Below, piece after piece: positions 9,394 to 19,501 of a stretch of 64,000 nt of DNA. The position numbers were made by a program, and so were the translations under genes. This DNA comes from Candidatus Aenigmatarchaeota archaeon. GTDB lineage: Archaea > Aenigmatarchaeota > Aenigmatarchaeia > CG10238-14 > SCSR01. A model generated the notes under the pieces. That model saw only the letters and a program-made list of their open reading frames with translations, was not told where the DNA came from and made no database searches. The stretch spans positions 76,993 to 140,992 of the forward strand of contig JAUWZS010000001.1 of the NCBI GenBank assembly GCA_030615205.1, given 5' to 3'. Numbering within the stretch: the first letter of the stretch is position 1; every line of letters starts with the position of its first letter.

Positions 9394-11181
9394 CTACCGT
9401 TTGTTGCCAGTCCCTATTATTTCTTTTACATTACCATAGCCGTTTGAACGAACATATTTTCGCAATACTGATGTACATTTTCTAAATACTTCTTCTGGTT
9501 GTGCGTATGCAAACACAGTTGCCATCTGACAGCCTGTTGCTCCAAGTAAAAAACGATCAACAATATTTTTCCAAGATATTCCGCCTACATTGAATATAGG
9601 CACGTCAATTTCTCTGTAAGCTTCAGCAAGAGCACGCTCACTCTTCTCTGCAACTGCTTTCCAAGAACCTCCTCCAAAGCCAGTAGGATTCCCCAATATT
9701 GTTAAATCTGTAAAACCTGGAAAATCATATGTGGGCTTGACTCTCAATGCATTAGTCAGCACTATGGCATCAGCACCACCTTCTTCTGCAGCTTTGGCAG
9801 ATTCGATATAATCTATGTTAGGCGAAAGTTTTACAGAAACTAGCACTTGTTTTGGGTGAGCAATTTCAACTACAGCCTTAGTTATGTCTTTTAAAAAGTC
9901 CGGATCGGCCTCTACAGATTTTAATTCTGTATGTGGACATGAAGCATTAATCTCAAGTGCATCTGCTCCATACTCTACAGCGTGCAAACCAACATGCCTA
10001 TAGCCATCAATACCTTTGCCAAAGATGCTGACATCTATTGGTATTCGCGCTGGTTCTAACGCTGGCTTTAATTCTTGTAATTCGATTCTATAATTTTCTA
10101 TCCCAGTATTTGGAAGACCCATCGCATTTGCCCATTTCTCAAGTTCATATTCAATAAAATTCGGTCCGTTATAACCCTCTCTCGGTTCTGGTCCTATGGA
10201 TTTTGTAACAACAGCACCAGCACCAGCCCTGGCCAAACGGTATAACCAACCACTTGCAAAACCAGATCCAGAAGCGTTCATCACTGTATTCGGATAATAA
10301 AGCCAATCGACCTTCATTTCAAGCAATGGGTCTTTTCTTCGTGCTAATGGTTTTAACGGCTCAAATGAGATATTTTCGCTTCCGTGCAAAAGCGACACTC
10401 TGCTACCAGTCTTATCTCTTGTCACTTTTCCGAATTCTGTTTTTAAAAGTTCTTCTCCGGATGCAATATGACCTTCTTTACACGTCCGTCTCCCACCAAG
10501 ATCGCATGCTCCACATACTCCCATAGCACATTTAGTTATACGTTCGTTGCAGACTTGAGAAGGAATGTTTCTTTTTTTAGCTTCCTTTACAACTTTGTAC
10601 GCCATCAGCTCAGGTCCGCATATCAAAACTAAATCAACTTTTAGTTCAAATAATTCAGGCAAAATATCAGTTACAATCCCTTCACGATCAGCAGAACCAT
10701 CCTCAGTTGTGACATGCACATCACACCCAATGCTATCAAAAACTCCACAGTATAATAAATCAGCTTTGGTTTTAGCACCCACTGCGACTGTAACTTCTTT
10801 ATCTTCTTTTCTCAAAACTTCAGCTGGGTAGCGGTTTACAGCCGAGCCATAGCCACCATTAAAAATAAGTGTGTGTTCGCCAAACAGGTTGTAGCAGTTG
10901 CCGTACGGACCTCGTACACCAATACGATCTCCTATACGCTTTTCATGCAGTGCTGTTGTACAATCGCCGACTTTTGTTACTGCAACTTCAAATTCCGAGC
11001 CAAACACAGAAGCAATAGCAATCGGCACTTCATCTTTGTAAGTAATCGGCGTGAGCATCAGAAATTGGCCAGGATGTGATTCAGAGGTGATTTCTTCAGA
11101 TTTGAATCTAAAGGATTTGATTCTCGGCGTTTCCTGTTTTATTTTTATTATTTCCAAAGGCTTCGGTCTGTTGAAAGGCAT
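9394..11181 (-). CDS. pyrK-pyrD: fused dihydroorotate dehydrogenase electron-transfer subunit and catalytic subunit (class 1B)
   Basis: N-half: GQF, RGPYGN, CGP, CAMGVCGAC 2Fe-2S motif; C-half: VTKS, NAMGLPN, EINASCPH, VKLSPN. Confidence 0.88.
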   Translation of the reverse strand: MPFNRPKPLEIIKIKQETPRIKSFRFKSEEITSESHPGQFLMLTPITYKDEVPIAIASVFGSEFEVAVTKVGDCTTALHEKRIGDRIGVRGPYGNCYNLFGEHTLIFNGGYGSAVNRYPAEVLRKEDKEVTVAVGAKTKADLLYCGVFDSIGCDVHVTTEDGSADREGIVTDILPELFELKVDLVLICGPELMAYKVVKEAKKRNIPSQVCNERITKCAMGVCGACDLGGRRTCKEGHIASGEELLKTEFGKVTRDKTGSRVSLLHGSENISFEPLKPLARRKDPLLEMKVDWLYYPNTVMNASGSGFASGWLYRLARAGAGAVVTKSIGPEPREGYNGPNFIEYELEKWANAMGLPNTGIENYRIELQELKPALEPARIPIDVSIFGKGIDGYRHVGLHAVEYGADALEINASCPHTELKSVEADPDFLKDITKAVVEIAHPKQVLVSVKLSPNIDYIESAKAAEEGGADAIVLTNALRVKPTYDFPGFTDLTILGNPTGFGGGSWKAVAEKSERALAEAYREIDVPIFNVGGISWKNIVDRFLLGATGCQMATVFAYAQPEEVFRKCTSVLRKYVRSNGYGNVKEIIGTGNKR

Positions 11182-11221
11182 TAAAGATTAAATCGTTAGA
11201 AAAATATTTGTAGATGAGATT

Positions 11222-11920
11222 TTATTTGGTTGGAGGATTTTCAATGTAATTTTTAGTCTTTATGTGTTGTTCGTCTGTTATTAGATTTATTTTATGCAAA
11301 ATATCTATCATATCAAGTACACTCATGAAGGAATGCACCGCTATGCCGTTAGGTGAATATTTTGTAACATATCCTTCTAATTTTTTGACCCCGCCTTGTA
11401 ATCTGTCTACCAAAACTACTGCATCGTCCACTCTCGCGTAAATTTTATCTTGTTCACATTGTTTTGCAATTCTTTCGTCAAGACCTCTAACTATACTTCC
11501 GCCACTAGTTATCAAATCATCCATGATTGCTAATCTGTCACCTGTCTCAATCTTTCCTTGCACATATTTTGGTATGCCATGCTTTTTTACTATTTTAACC
11601 GTGTAACCGCTTGGTACGCCATAAGCGTAAGTCAAACAGCCTATATACGGAACTACAGCATCTGGGACCCCTATTACTAAATCAACATTTTCCAATCCAA
11701 CATCATTAACCAAAGTAAGATAAAGGGCTTCTGTTACGTCTTTTGCTAATTCTTGGCCACTAGCTTTTCCTCTAGAAGAAAGAAGCTCTCTTTCGTCAAT
11801 ATAGTAAGGACTCTTCAATCCAGAAACCAAAGTAAACTCTCCAAATTTTAAACCACCTGCTTTAAAAATATTACAAACAAGCCTTTCTCTTAATTCAGTG
11901 CACTCATCTCTCCACAACAT
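11222..11920 (-). CDS. pyrE: orotate phosphoribosyltransferase
   Basis: FGEFTLVSGLKSPYYID, PRPP motif IMDDLITSGGS, VLVDR. Confidence 0.9.
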   Translation of the reverse strand: MLWRDECTELRERLVCNIFKAGGLKFGEFTLVSGLKSPYYIDERELLSSRGKASGQELAKDVTEALYLTLVNDVGLENVDLVIGVPDAVVPYIGCLTYAYGVPSGYTVKIVKKHGIPKYVQGKIETGDRLAIMDDLITSGGSIVRGLDERIAKQCEQDKIYARVDDAVVLVDRLQGGVKKLEGYVTKYSPNGIAVHSFMSVLDMIDILHKINLITDEQHIKTKNYIENPPTK

Positions 11921-11927
11921 TTGATCA

Positions 11928-12857
11928 CTATTCTAAATGCGCTCCAAGAGCTCTCATTGCTTTTTCAATTTCTTCATTCAGGTTTCTTATTTGACCAGCT
12001 GCAGCTCCAGCATAGTCATCGGTTTCTTTTTTCTCACAAGCATAATTTATTCCGCTTGAACTGTTTATTCTTTGAATTGCAAGCCTATTTTTAGTCTGAA
12101 CCAGAACTTTAGTAACATCGAAGGCTGACCCCCCTTGCGCACCTACACCTGGAATCAATATTGGAACTAAAGCACCAGTTTCAACTATATGTTTTGATAA
12201 ATCTTCAAATTCTTTCAATGAAGTTGCTCCTGCTACTATTCCAACATTACCGTTAGCCTCCGCTCCCCAATTAATAACCTCGTCAAGTACCTTTATGTAA
12301 AGAGGCTTTGGCGGTTCGGTTAGTGTTTTACCATCAACAACTTTATCTGGAGGAATGACATAAAGATTTTGAAAATCGGCACCGCCCTTATTGGACGTCC
12401 TATCTAAAATATAAACACCTTTTCCTTTCTTTTCAGACCACTCGATAAATGGGCCTACACTGTCAGAACCCATATAAGGTGCAACAGTAACTGCGTCTGC
12501 ACCCCAAAATCTAAATACTTCCTCAGCGTAAGCTGCACTAGTTTTACCTATATCCCCCCTCTTTGCATCTAAATCAACAGGTAATCCTTTCGATTTAGAG
12601 TATTCTATTACTTTTTTTAACGCCCTTAATCCAGGAAATCCATATCGAGCATAAAATGCATAATTGGGTTTAATTAAACCAGGCGATGTTTTTTTATTTT
12701 GTAAAGCTACGTCAATGATATCAATGTAGAATCTTGTAATAGCAACTTCTGGATCTTTTTTAATAGGTATTCTATTTAAATCAGGATCGGCACCCATGCA
12801 AACTATGCTATTATTTTCGATTGAAGTTTGAATTAATTTATCAATATAACCGCTCAT
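11928..12857 (-). CDS. pyrF: orotidine-5'-phosphate decarboxylase (subfamily 2)
   Basis: CMGADP, KPNYAFY, LDAKRGDIGKT, PYMG, LIPGVGAQGG. Confidence 0.93.
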   Translation of the reverse strand: MSGYIDKLIQTSIENNSIVCMGADPDLNRIPIKKDPEVAITRFYIDIIDVALQNKKTSPGLIKPNYAFYARYGFPGLRALKKVIEYSKSKGLPVDLDAKRGDIGKTSAAYAEEVFRFWGADAVTVAPYMGSDSVGPFIEWSEKKGKGVYILDRTSNKGGADFQNLYVIPPDKVVDGKTLTEPPKPLYIKVLDEVINWGAEANGNVGIVAGATSLKEFEDLSKHIVETGALVPILIPGVGAQGGSAFDVTKVLVQTKNRLAIQRINSSSGINYACEKKETDDYAGAAAGQIRNLNEEIEKAMRALGAHLE

Positions 12858-12960
12858 AGTTAAGAAATGGTAAAAAAGATATAAATAGAAGGTAAGATTG
12901 TAACAAAGCTTAAATTTGTTTAAAAAAATAACAAAAATAAATATGAAACAAGAAAAAGAC

Positions 12961-13491
12961 TTATAAATTTGATAAAAGCTCTTCTATCAATAACTTGGGT
13001 TCACGATTGTATATAATCTTCCCACCCTTCTTGCCACTGTTCTTTATAAATTCTTCAATACCGTTACTGTCACAAAGCCCACCTGTGCCTTTTAACAAGC
13101 CTATTAGCTTCTTTTCATCATACGCTATAGTAAATTCATTCAGCGTTCCAATTCTGCCGGATATTACAACAACACCATCACAACTCCTAATGAATGGAAC
13201 ATTTCTCCCTTTGTACCCAAATCCAGTAAATATTAAAACGTCGAAGTAATCAGTAGGCAACCCATATTTTTCTTTATGTTCATCTTCATCAGCTGCAGGA
13301 GAAAAACCCATTGTGAATCCGTCTCTTTCCTTTGCTCCTATTACAGCCTCATACGAAACACCAATTGCCGCACCAGTTAAAAGAAGACAGTTGTGAGTTG
13401 CAATTTCTCTTCCTATCTCTCTAGCTTTCTCTAAAACATCGCTCTCACATGCTCTTGCAGACCCTATAACACCCACCTTGTATTTCATCAA
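12961..13491 (-). CDS. LOG/SLOG family Rossmann-fold protein
   Basis: VGVIGS, LLTGA, GRN, GRIGTLNE. Confidence 0.85.
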   Translation of the reverse strand: MMKYKVGVIGSARACESDVLEKAREIGREIATHNCLLLTGAAIGVSYEAVIGAKERDGFTMGFSPAADEDEHKEKYGLPTDYFDVLIFTGFGYKGRNVPFIRSCDGVVVISGRIGTLNEFTIAYDEKKLIGLLKGTGGLCDSNGIEEFIKNSGKKGGKIIYNREPKLLIEELLSNL

Positions 13492-13697
13492 TATAGTCTT
13501 TAAAAAGAAAAAATTAATAACAAGCTGAAATAGCTTTATAAACCTCTAAAAATTTGATAATAAGATTATTATGCAACCAAAACACTGCCCAAAATGCAAA
13601 AGCACGCAACTGAATTTTATGCCTTGGCTTGGTCTGATATACGAATGTCGAAAGTGCGGATGGCGTGGCCCAATGGTTGTTAGTAAAAAGAAAAGAA

Positions 13698-14180
13698 TCA
13701 GCCGCAGCCGTAAAATTTAGCCCATTCTTCGTTCGCAAATTCGCTCCGCTCGCAAAAATCCTTCAAAATTTTCGCATATCCGGCTTCAAGTAGCTCTTTA
13801 TTCAAATTTCTAAGCACTCTCCCGCAATAAACTACTGCTATGATTCGCCTGTGGCTTCGCGAGACTTGCAAATCATCTTCATCTACAACAACATCAGAAC
13901 CGATTGGGCACATACTTTCGACAAAGCTCTTAGAATCTTCGTATGCGGCTTCCCATTTCTCTGGTGCATTAATCAAAGCAAGCCTTATAGTATCTCCGTT
14001 TATTTGCAATGTATCGCCGTCTGTGATGCGTTCGATCGTGCCGTAAAAGCATCTTGCTGAGCCTTTGCATATGCTTTTCAGAAACGCAGACTCCGGAGTT
14101 CCCTGTATAAGCAGTAAATAAACTGCGCACAAGAAACTGGCCAAAACAATGGCTAAAGCTAAAATTAATTTTCTTTTCAT
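13698..14180 (-). CDS. thermonuclease (SNase) family, N-terminal anchor
   Basis: ITDGDT, IRLALINAPE, LNKELLEAGYA. Confidence 0.9.
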   Translation of the reverse strand: MKRKLILALAIVLASFLCAVYLLLIQGTPESAFLKSICKGSARCFYGTIERITDGDTLQINGDTIRLALINAPEKWEAAYEDSKSFVESMCPIGSDVVVDEDDLQVSRSHRRIIAVVYCGRVLRNLNKELLEAGYAKILKDFCERSEFANEEWAKFYGCG

Positions 14181-14213
14181 TAATTTCTTTGAAGCGCGAG
14201 CAGTAGAAAATCT

Positions 14214-15356
14214 TTATTCAAAACTGTGGGTGGTTGTAAATTTGCGGGCATTTGCAAAATGCGAAAGCCTTGTCTGGCGAGAATTGATTTCTATAAATGG
14301 CGTGGCACGCTTTAATATAACTCCCACATTTTTTAATTCTTTTATGTTGTTGAATCTTGCGCCTAGGCCACGGCTTTCTAGTATGCGGTTTGCTGTTTCT
14401 ATTCCGATGCCTGGGACTTTTATCAAATCGTCGAATTCTGCGGAATTGATATTAATTGAAATCTCGTTCTTTGCAGCAAAGAGAAACTTTGGATCGTATT
14501 TCAAATTTAGCATATCATTGCTGTTGAGCATGAAATCTTTTTTCTTAAAACCATATTTTTGGACTAAGAACGAGCTTTGATAAAGCCTGTACTCACGCCA
14601 TCTATTTTCAGCTGGCTTATTTTCAAGTGGTGTGTGTTTTACTGGATTAAATGCTGAAAAATAAACGCGATGTGCGCCAAGCTTGTTATACATCCATTCA
14701 ACTGCATTTAAAATCTCCTTGTCAGTTTCGTCACTTGCGCCAACTACCATCTGGGAATCCAATCCTGCTTTGCATTTCCCGTGCTCTTGCGCTTTCTTTA
14801 TTTCGCGTGCGAGCAGCCGTATGCGTTTCATTATGTCCTGTTTAAAATCCAAAAATATTTTCATGTCGTTGTAATGCCCGGCTGAAGGGAATTCGAGATT
14901 TATACCAACACGGTCTGCAAGCTGCACTGACTCGCGTATTAAATCATAACTTGCACCTGGCATGATTCTCAAATGCACATATCCTGTAAACCCCCGGTTG
15001 CGTAAAATCCTTGCTGTCTCGATCTGCTCTTCAACCATCTTATTCGGATCTTTATCAACACATGAACTCAAAAAAATGCCGCGTATGCGATGCTGCTGCC
15101 ATACTTTCATTGTTACATTTGCAAGCTGTTCAGGGACCCAACGCTCGCGGTGGGTATGGCGTTCTGCACGAAACGGGCAGAATTTGCAATCATTCGAACA
15201 ATAACTACTCATCAGTGTCTTCAGCAAAGGAACAGTGCAACCACGACCAGCAGCTTCGAAAATAGGAACCCTGATTTTGTCATGTTCTGCTGCTATTGTA
15301 AGTGAATGCCACTTTTTGCGCTTGAGAAGCTTATGCCTGTGTCTTAGTTTAGACAT
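14214..15356 (-). CDS. putative DNA modification/repair radical SAM protein with C-terminal HhH
   Basis: LLKTL..CSNDCKFC, GYVHL, SQMVVG, RVYFSAF, REYRLYQ, VPGIG HhH. Confidence 0.85.
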   Translation of the reverse strand: MSKLRHRHKLLKRKKWHSLTIAAEHDKIRVPIFEAAGRGCTVPLLKTLMSSYCSNDCKFCPFRAERHTHRERWVPEQLANVTMKVWQQHRIRGIFLSSCVDKDPNKMVEEQIETARILRNRGFTGYVHLRIMPGASYDLIRESVQLADRVGINLEFPSAGHYNDMKIFLDFKQDIMKRIRLLAREIKKAQEHGKCKAGLDSQMVVGASDETDKEILNAVEWMYNKLGAHRVYFSAFNPVKHTPLENKPAENRWREYRLYQSSFLVQKYGFKKKDFMLNSNDMLNLKYDPKFLFAAKNEISININSAEFDDLIKVPGIGIETANRILESRGLGARFNNIKELKNVGVILKRATPFIEINSRQTRLSHFANARKFTTTHSFE

Positions 15357-15451
15357 AAGAAAGATTTAGCTGTTGGTATATACACGCTTTTTGAGAGTAG
15401 ACTTCCGAAGAGCTTTTGAGAAGTAAAATTAAGAATCGTCACTGCTTCAAA

Positions 15452-15736
15452 TCAAACTCTTTCTGGGATGATTGGTGGTCTTTCATCTGTCACAAGATCA
15501 AGATACGCACGTACCCTGAACACGTAAGTTATATACGCTTTTATAAAGTTGCTCAATGTTTTGTGGCGCCTGCCGAGAATCAGAATATGTAACCAAAGAA
15601 GAATTCCCACTAAGCCTGCAAGAACTGAAAATAGCCACAAAATAATAGCTATAGGTATTGCATATATTATCCTTACAAACAGCTCCAATCTAGATGCTTT
15701 TTCCTTGTAGCTTATTTGCGATTTTACAGTTCTCAT
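15452..15736 (-). CDS. DUF4389-like small membrane protein
   Basis: SRLELFVR...RVRAYLDLVTDERPP. Confidence 0.75.
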   Translation of the reverse strand: MRTVKSQISYKEKASRLELFVRIIYAIPIAIILWLFSVLAGLVGILLWLHILILGRRHKTLSNFIKAYITYVFRVRAYLDLVTDERPPIIPERV

Positions 15737-15790
15737 AAAAATTACTTGTCTTCACAGATTATTAAACTTTCATTTGAGTTTAAAACTTTT

Positions 15791-16066
15791 TTAAACTTTC
15801 TTTGAATCTTCCTTTCGCTTTTTAAGTTCGGACTGCAATTTATCCAAACCCTTTATACTCATACCTTGCCCAGAGAATGCTTTATCATCAACTTTACCAT
15901 ATTTTTCTATGACTTTAGAGGTAGGAACATCACCAATTCCCTTAGTGCAATCCTCACAAATCGTAATGACTTTTTTTGTGTCTTCATCACCAGCTGAAAA
16001 AACAGTCTTATCCTTTCCACATATCATGCATTTGCCTTCGAATGTTGCTGAGAGTTTAATCTTCAT
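15791..16066 (-). CDS. small zinc-ribbon protein
   Basis: CMICG...ICEDC. Confidence 0.65.
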   Translation of the reverse strand: MKIKLSATFEGKCMICGKDKTVFSAGDEDTKKVITICEDCTKGIGDVPTSKVIEKYGKVDDKAFSGQGMSIKGLDKLQSELKKRKEDSKKV

Positions 16067-16451
16067 AAAGATTATTCGCTTTTAAAAAATAAAACGTTCT
16101 TGAAAAAATAAAATTTTAATAATTATGATTCTAATTTTTTTTAGATATCTTTATATTCAAGTTTGAGAAAAATATTATTATAACAATTTGAGGTGTACAA
16201 ATTGGCAAGGAAGAGAAAAAAGAAAAAGAAGAAGAAAAAGAAGAAGCGATGATGTATGTTGATGTTTCTTTAATTTTTTAATTTTTTTTAATTTTTCAAT
16301 CTCTTTTTCTTGTGATTCGTGATTGTAATTCGTATTCACTATTTCTATTTTTTTAAGACAAGTTGGCTTTTTTTTATTGCTATTTGAGGCATCGCGCAAA
16401 CAATAAATTAATTTTAATAATTCGAAATCAAAACAGAATATATGTGATTTG

Positions 16452-18368
16452 ATGCATAAGGTTCTCCTAGGCAAAAGTGGCAAAAAAGTACTTTTACTCG
16501 GAAATGAAGCGATTGTTAGAGGAGCGCTCGAAGCAGGCGTGCAATTCGCATCAACATATCCTGGAACGCCCGCATCTGAAATCGGCGATACTTTCTCGAG
16601 AATTGCAAAGGACGCTGGAATCTATTTCGAATACAGCACAAATGAAAAAGTTGCATTCGAAGCTGCGGCCGGAGCTGCATTTTCTGGCCTGCGATCTATG
16701 GTTTCTTTCAAGCATTTTGGTTTAAATGTCGCTTCTGATTCTGTATCACCTGTTGCTTATGTTGGTGTGGAGGGTGGAATGGTCGTAGTTTTTGCAGATG
16801 ATCCAAGCGGGTGGAGCAGTGCACAGAGCGAACAGGACAGTCGATGTTATGCAAAATTTGTGCATATGCCTATGCTGGAGCCGTCAAATTCGCAAGAATG
16901 CATAGATTTCGTGAAGATCGCATTTAATCTGTCAGAAAAATTCAAGATACCTGTTTTTATTCGATTGACTACTCGTGTGAACCATACAAGAGGCGTAGTC
17001 ACACTTAGCAGAAGCGTTAAAGGCGACAGGAAAGCAAAATTTGTCAAAGACCTAGAAAAGTACAACAACCTCCCTCCGAAAATAATCAAGATGCATGCTG
17101 ACATATCCAAAAAAATTGAGAATATAAGGAGCGAAGTGTCGGAAAAAAGTGAATTGAATCGGGTGGTCAATAACGATGTAAGTGGCGAATTGGGTGTGAT
17201 AACATCTGGTGTATCGTTTAATTATGTTATGGATGCGTTGGACGAGCTCAATATAAAATTGCCTGTGCTTAAACTGGGCATAACATATCCTCTGCCAAAA
17301 AAGAAGATTGGAGAGTTTTTGAAGAAGTTGAAGTCAGTCATCGTTGTCGAGGAGCTCGAACCATTTTTGGAAAAGGAAATCCAAGCAATCGCAAAAGATG
17401 CAAATCCTACACTAAAAATTTTCGGTAAATATGAAAAAGCTGAGAAAAGAGGCGGCGAGAAGCTGTTTCCAATTGCAGGCGAGTACACCCCTAAATTAGT
17501 TCTAATAGCATTAGCAAAAGCCGCAAACAAAAAATTAGATTTCGATTACGATGGCCACATGGAAAAGTATAACAAACTGCAGATTGCACGACGTTTTCCA
17601 GTTTTGTGTCCTGGCTGTCCGCATCGCACGACTTTTTATGCAGTGAAAAAAGCAGCAGGTGAAGACGCGGTGATAGGCGGCGACATAGGATGTTACATGC
17701 TTGGTGTATTCCCGCCTTTCGAGACTCTGGACTTTATCCTGTCAATGGGAGCTGGCCTCGGAGTCGCTCATGGCATAAAGAAGGCAGGCTTGACAACAAA
17801 AGAAGGCAAGCGAAAAGTGGTAGCATATGTCGGTGATTCTACATTTTTCCATGCAGGAATACCTGCACTGATAAACATGGTCTTCAATAAATCCAATGTA
17901 TTGGTCATAGCATTGGATAATCGCATCACCGCAATGACCGGCTTCCAACCACATCCGGGTACAGGCAAAACAGGATTAGGCGAGCCGACTGAACAAATAA
18001 AAATCGAAGATATTGCTCGTGCTTGCGGTGTAAAAAATGTGAAAGTGGTCGACCCGTACAATATTAAAGATATGATGTCTACTGTCAAAGAATTCTTGGA
18101 GAAGGATGAAGTATCTGTAATTGTTGCCAAGCGCCAATGCTATCTTCTCGAATACCGCGCGAAGAGAAGAAAAGGTATTGAGACGCCGATATTCGAAATC
18201 GTTGACGAATTGACAGATGCGGAGAAAAAGGCAATTGTCGAATTTGGATGCCCAGCTTATTACATAGACGAAGAAGGTAAGATGCAGATAGACAAGAGCA
18301 TGTGCTGGGGATGTGCTTCTTGCGTGCAACTTGTCGGACAAGGTAAAATAAAACCGATGGAGAAGTGA
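16452..18368 (+). CDS. iorA: indolepyruvate:ferredoxin oxidoreductase alpha subunit
   Basis: LLGNEAIVRG, YPGTP, NEKVA, CPGCPHR, GDIGCY, GDSTFFH, DNRITAMTG. Confidence 0.95.
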   Translation: MHKVLLGKSGKKVLLLGNEAIVRGALEAGVQFASTYPGTPASEIGDTFSRIAKDAGIYFEYSTNEKVAFEAAAGAAFSGLRSMVSFKHFGLNVASDSVSPVAYVGVEGGMVVVFADDPSGWSSAQSEQDSRCYAKFVHMPMLEPSNSQECIDFVKIAFNLSEKFKIPVFIRLTTRVNHTRGVVTLSRSVKGDRKAKFVKDLEKYNNLPPKIIKMHADISKKIENIRSEVSEKSELNRVVNNDVSGELGVITSGVSFNYVMDALDELNIKLPVLKLGITYPLPKKKIGEFLKKLKSVIVVEELEPFLEKEIQAIAKDANPTLKIFGKYEKAEKRGGEKLFPIAGEYTPKLVLIALAKAANKKLDFDYDGHMEKYNKLQIARRFPVLCPGCPHRTTFYAVKKAAGEDAVIGGDIGCYMLGVFPPFETLDFILSMGAGLGVAHGIKKAGLTTKEGKRKVVAYVGDSTFFHAGIPALINMVFNKSNVLVIALDNRITAMTGFQPHPGTGKTGLGEPTEQIKIEDIARACGVKNVKVVDPYNIKDMMSTVKEFLEKDEVSVIVAKRQCYLLEYRAKRRKGIETPIFEIVDELTDAEKKAIVEFGCPAYYIDEEGKMQIDKSMCWGCASCVQLVGQGKIKPMEK

Positions 18369-18385
18369 AAAAGTAGGTGAAATGG

Positions 18386-18991
18386 ATGGTTGAAAACGCG
18401 AAAGATGTGAAAGAGTTCAATGTCGTAGTTATTGGTGTTGGCGGGCAGGGGCTGCTTACACTTGCCGGAATAATATCTGAAGCTGCGCTGAAGCAAGGTT
18501 ACGATGTAAAGATGTCTGAGCTCCACGGTTTATCGCAACGTGGCGGTAGTGTAGCTTGCCAGATTAGATTTGGTGAAAAAATATATTCGTCGCTCATTAA
18601 GCCTGGCCGCGCGGATCTTATAATCGCGCTTGAGCCACTTGAAGCCTTACGTGCAGCAAAGTTCGCATCTGAGAAGAAAACAACAATAATAATTAATACC
18701 CACAAGACCAAGCCTGTGTCCGTGATGGTCTCGAACGAAAAATATCCCTCGCTTGAAGCTGTGAAAAAAGAGTTAAAGGATTTTGTCAAAGATGCAATCG
18801 ATACTGATGCAACTGAAATCGCTATCAAAGCTACTGGCACACCTGTGACTGCAAACATCTACATGTTGGGTATTGCTAGCGCACGCGGGCTGATACCGAT
18901 TGAAAAAGCCATGCTCTTAGAATCGATAAAAGAAACTGTTCCTGAAAAGTATTTTGAAATGAACAAGAAGATTTTTGAAGTAGCTAAATAA
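18386..18991 (+). CDS. iorB: indolepyruvate:ferredoxin oxidoreductase beta subunit
   Basis: GVGGQG, SELHGLSQRGGSV, ALEPLEALR; AGGTGA RBS; follows iorA. Confidence 0.95.
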   Translation: MVENAKDVKEFNVVVIGVGGQGLLTLAGIISEAALKQGYDVKMSELHGLSQRGGSVACQIRFGEKIYSSLIKPGRADLIIALEPLEALRAAKFASEKKTTIIINTHKTKPVSVMVSNEKYPSLEAVKKELKDFVKDAIDTDATEIAIKATGTPVTANIYMLGIASARGLIPIEKAMLLESIKETVPEKYFEMNKKIFEVAK

Positions 18992-19014
18992 TTTTTTATT
19001 CTATATTTTTTTCT

Positions 19015-19479
19015 CTATTTCTTATCCAGAAGCAGGTGTAAATTGTAGCTTGAGAAAGAGACTAAAAACCAGAATAGGAAGAACTCAGTTGAGACCCGCA
19101 CAAAAGCAAAATATATTGATGCTATAACAAGAGAAAACAAAACAGAAAATTTAAACGTGTGTGTAATGCCGCGGTGCTTTGTCGGCAGATATTTCAAAAT
19201 GAGATATAGCAAAATAAAATAGAATGGTGCGTAATACCATGTTGCTGTGTAAAAGAAAACATATGCTCCCACTAAAATAGCAGCAATCATGAAAGAAAAC
19301 ACATCACGTATTTTCGATCTTTTCATATCAACATCCGGAAACAGCGATGCAAAAATTGTAAGAATAATAAGCGCAATTAGGCTTTCAAAGCTCATTTGAA
19401 AATTTGCAAAATAGAAAATTGAAATCCAAGCTATAACAAGAAAAAGAGAAAAGATTAAATGACCTTCCCAATCTGGCAT
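19015..19479 (-). CDS. membrane metal-dependent hydrolase (YdjM-like)
   Basis: H..., FPDVD, HRGITH, HLLLD. Confidence 0.8.
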   Translation of the reverse strand: MPDWEGHLIFSLFLVIAWISIFYFANFQMSFESLIALIILTIFASLFPDVDMKRSKIRDVFSFMIAAILVGAYVFFYTATWYYAPFYFILLYLILKYLPTKHRGITHTFKFSVLFSLVIASIYFAFVRVSTEFFLFWFLVSFSSYNLHLLLDKK

Positions 19480-19501
19480 AGCATTGCCTCGAAAAATTTA
19501 T

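Noticed and set aside
16178-16483. 101-aa minus-strand ORF and a short K/R-rich plus-strand ORF
   Set aside because: Low-complexity AT-rich region upstream of iorA; coding status unsupported.
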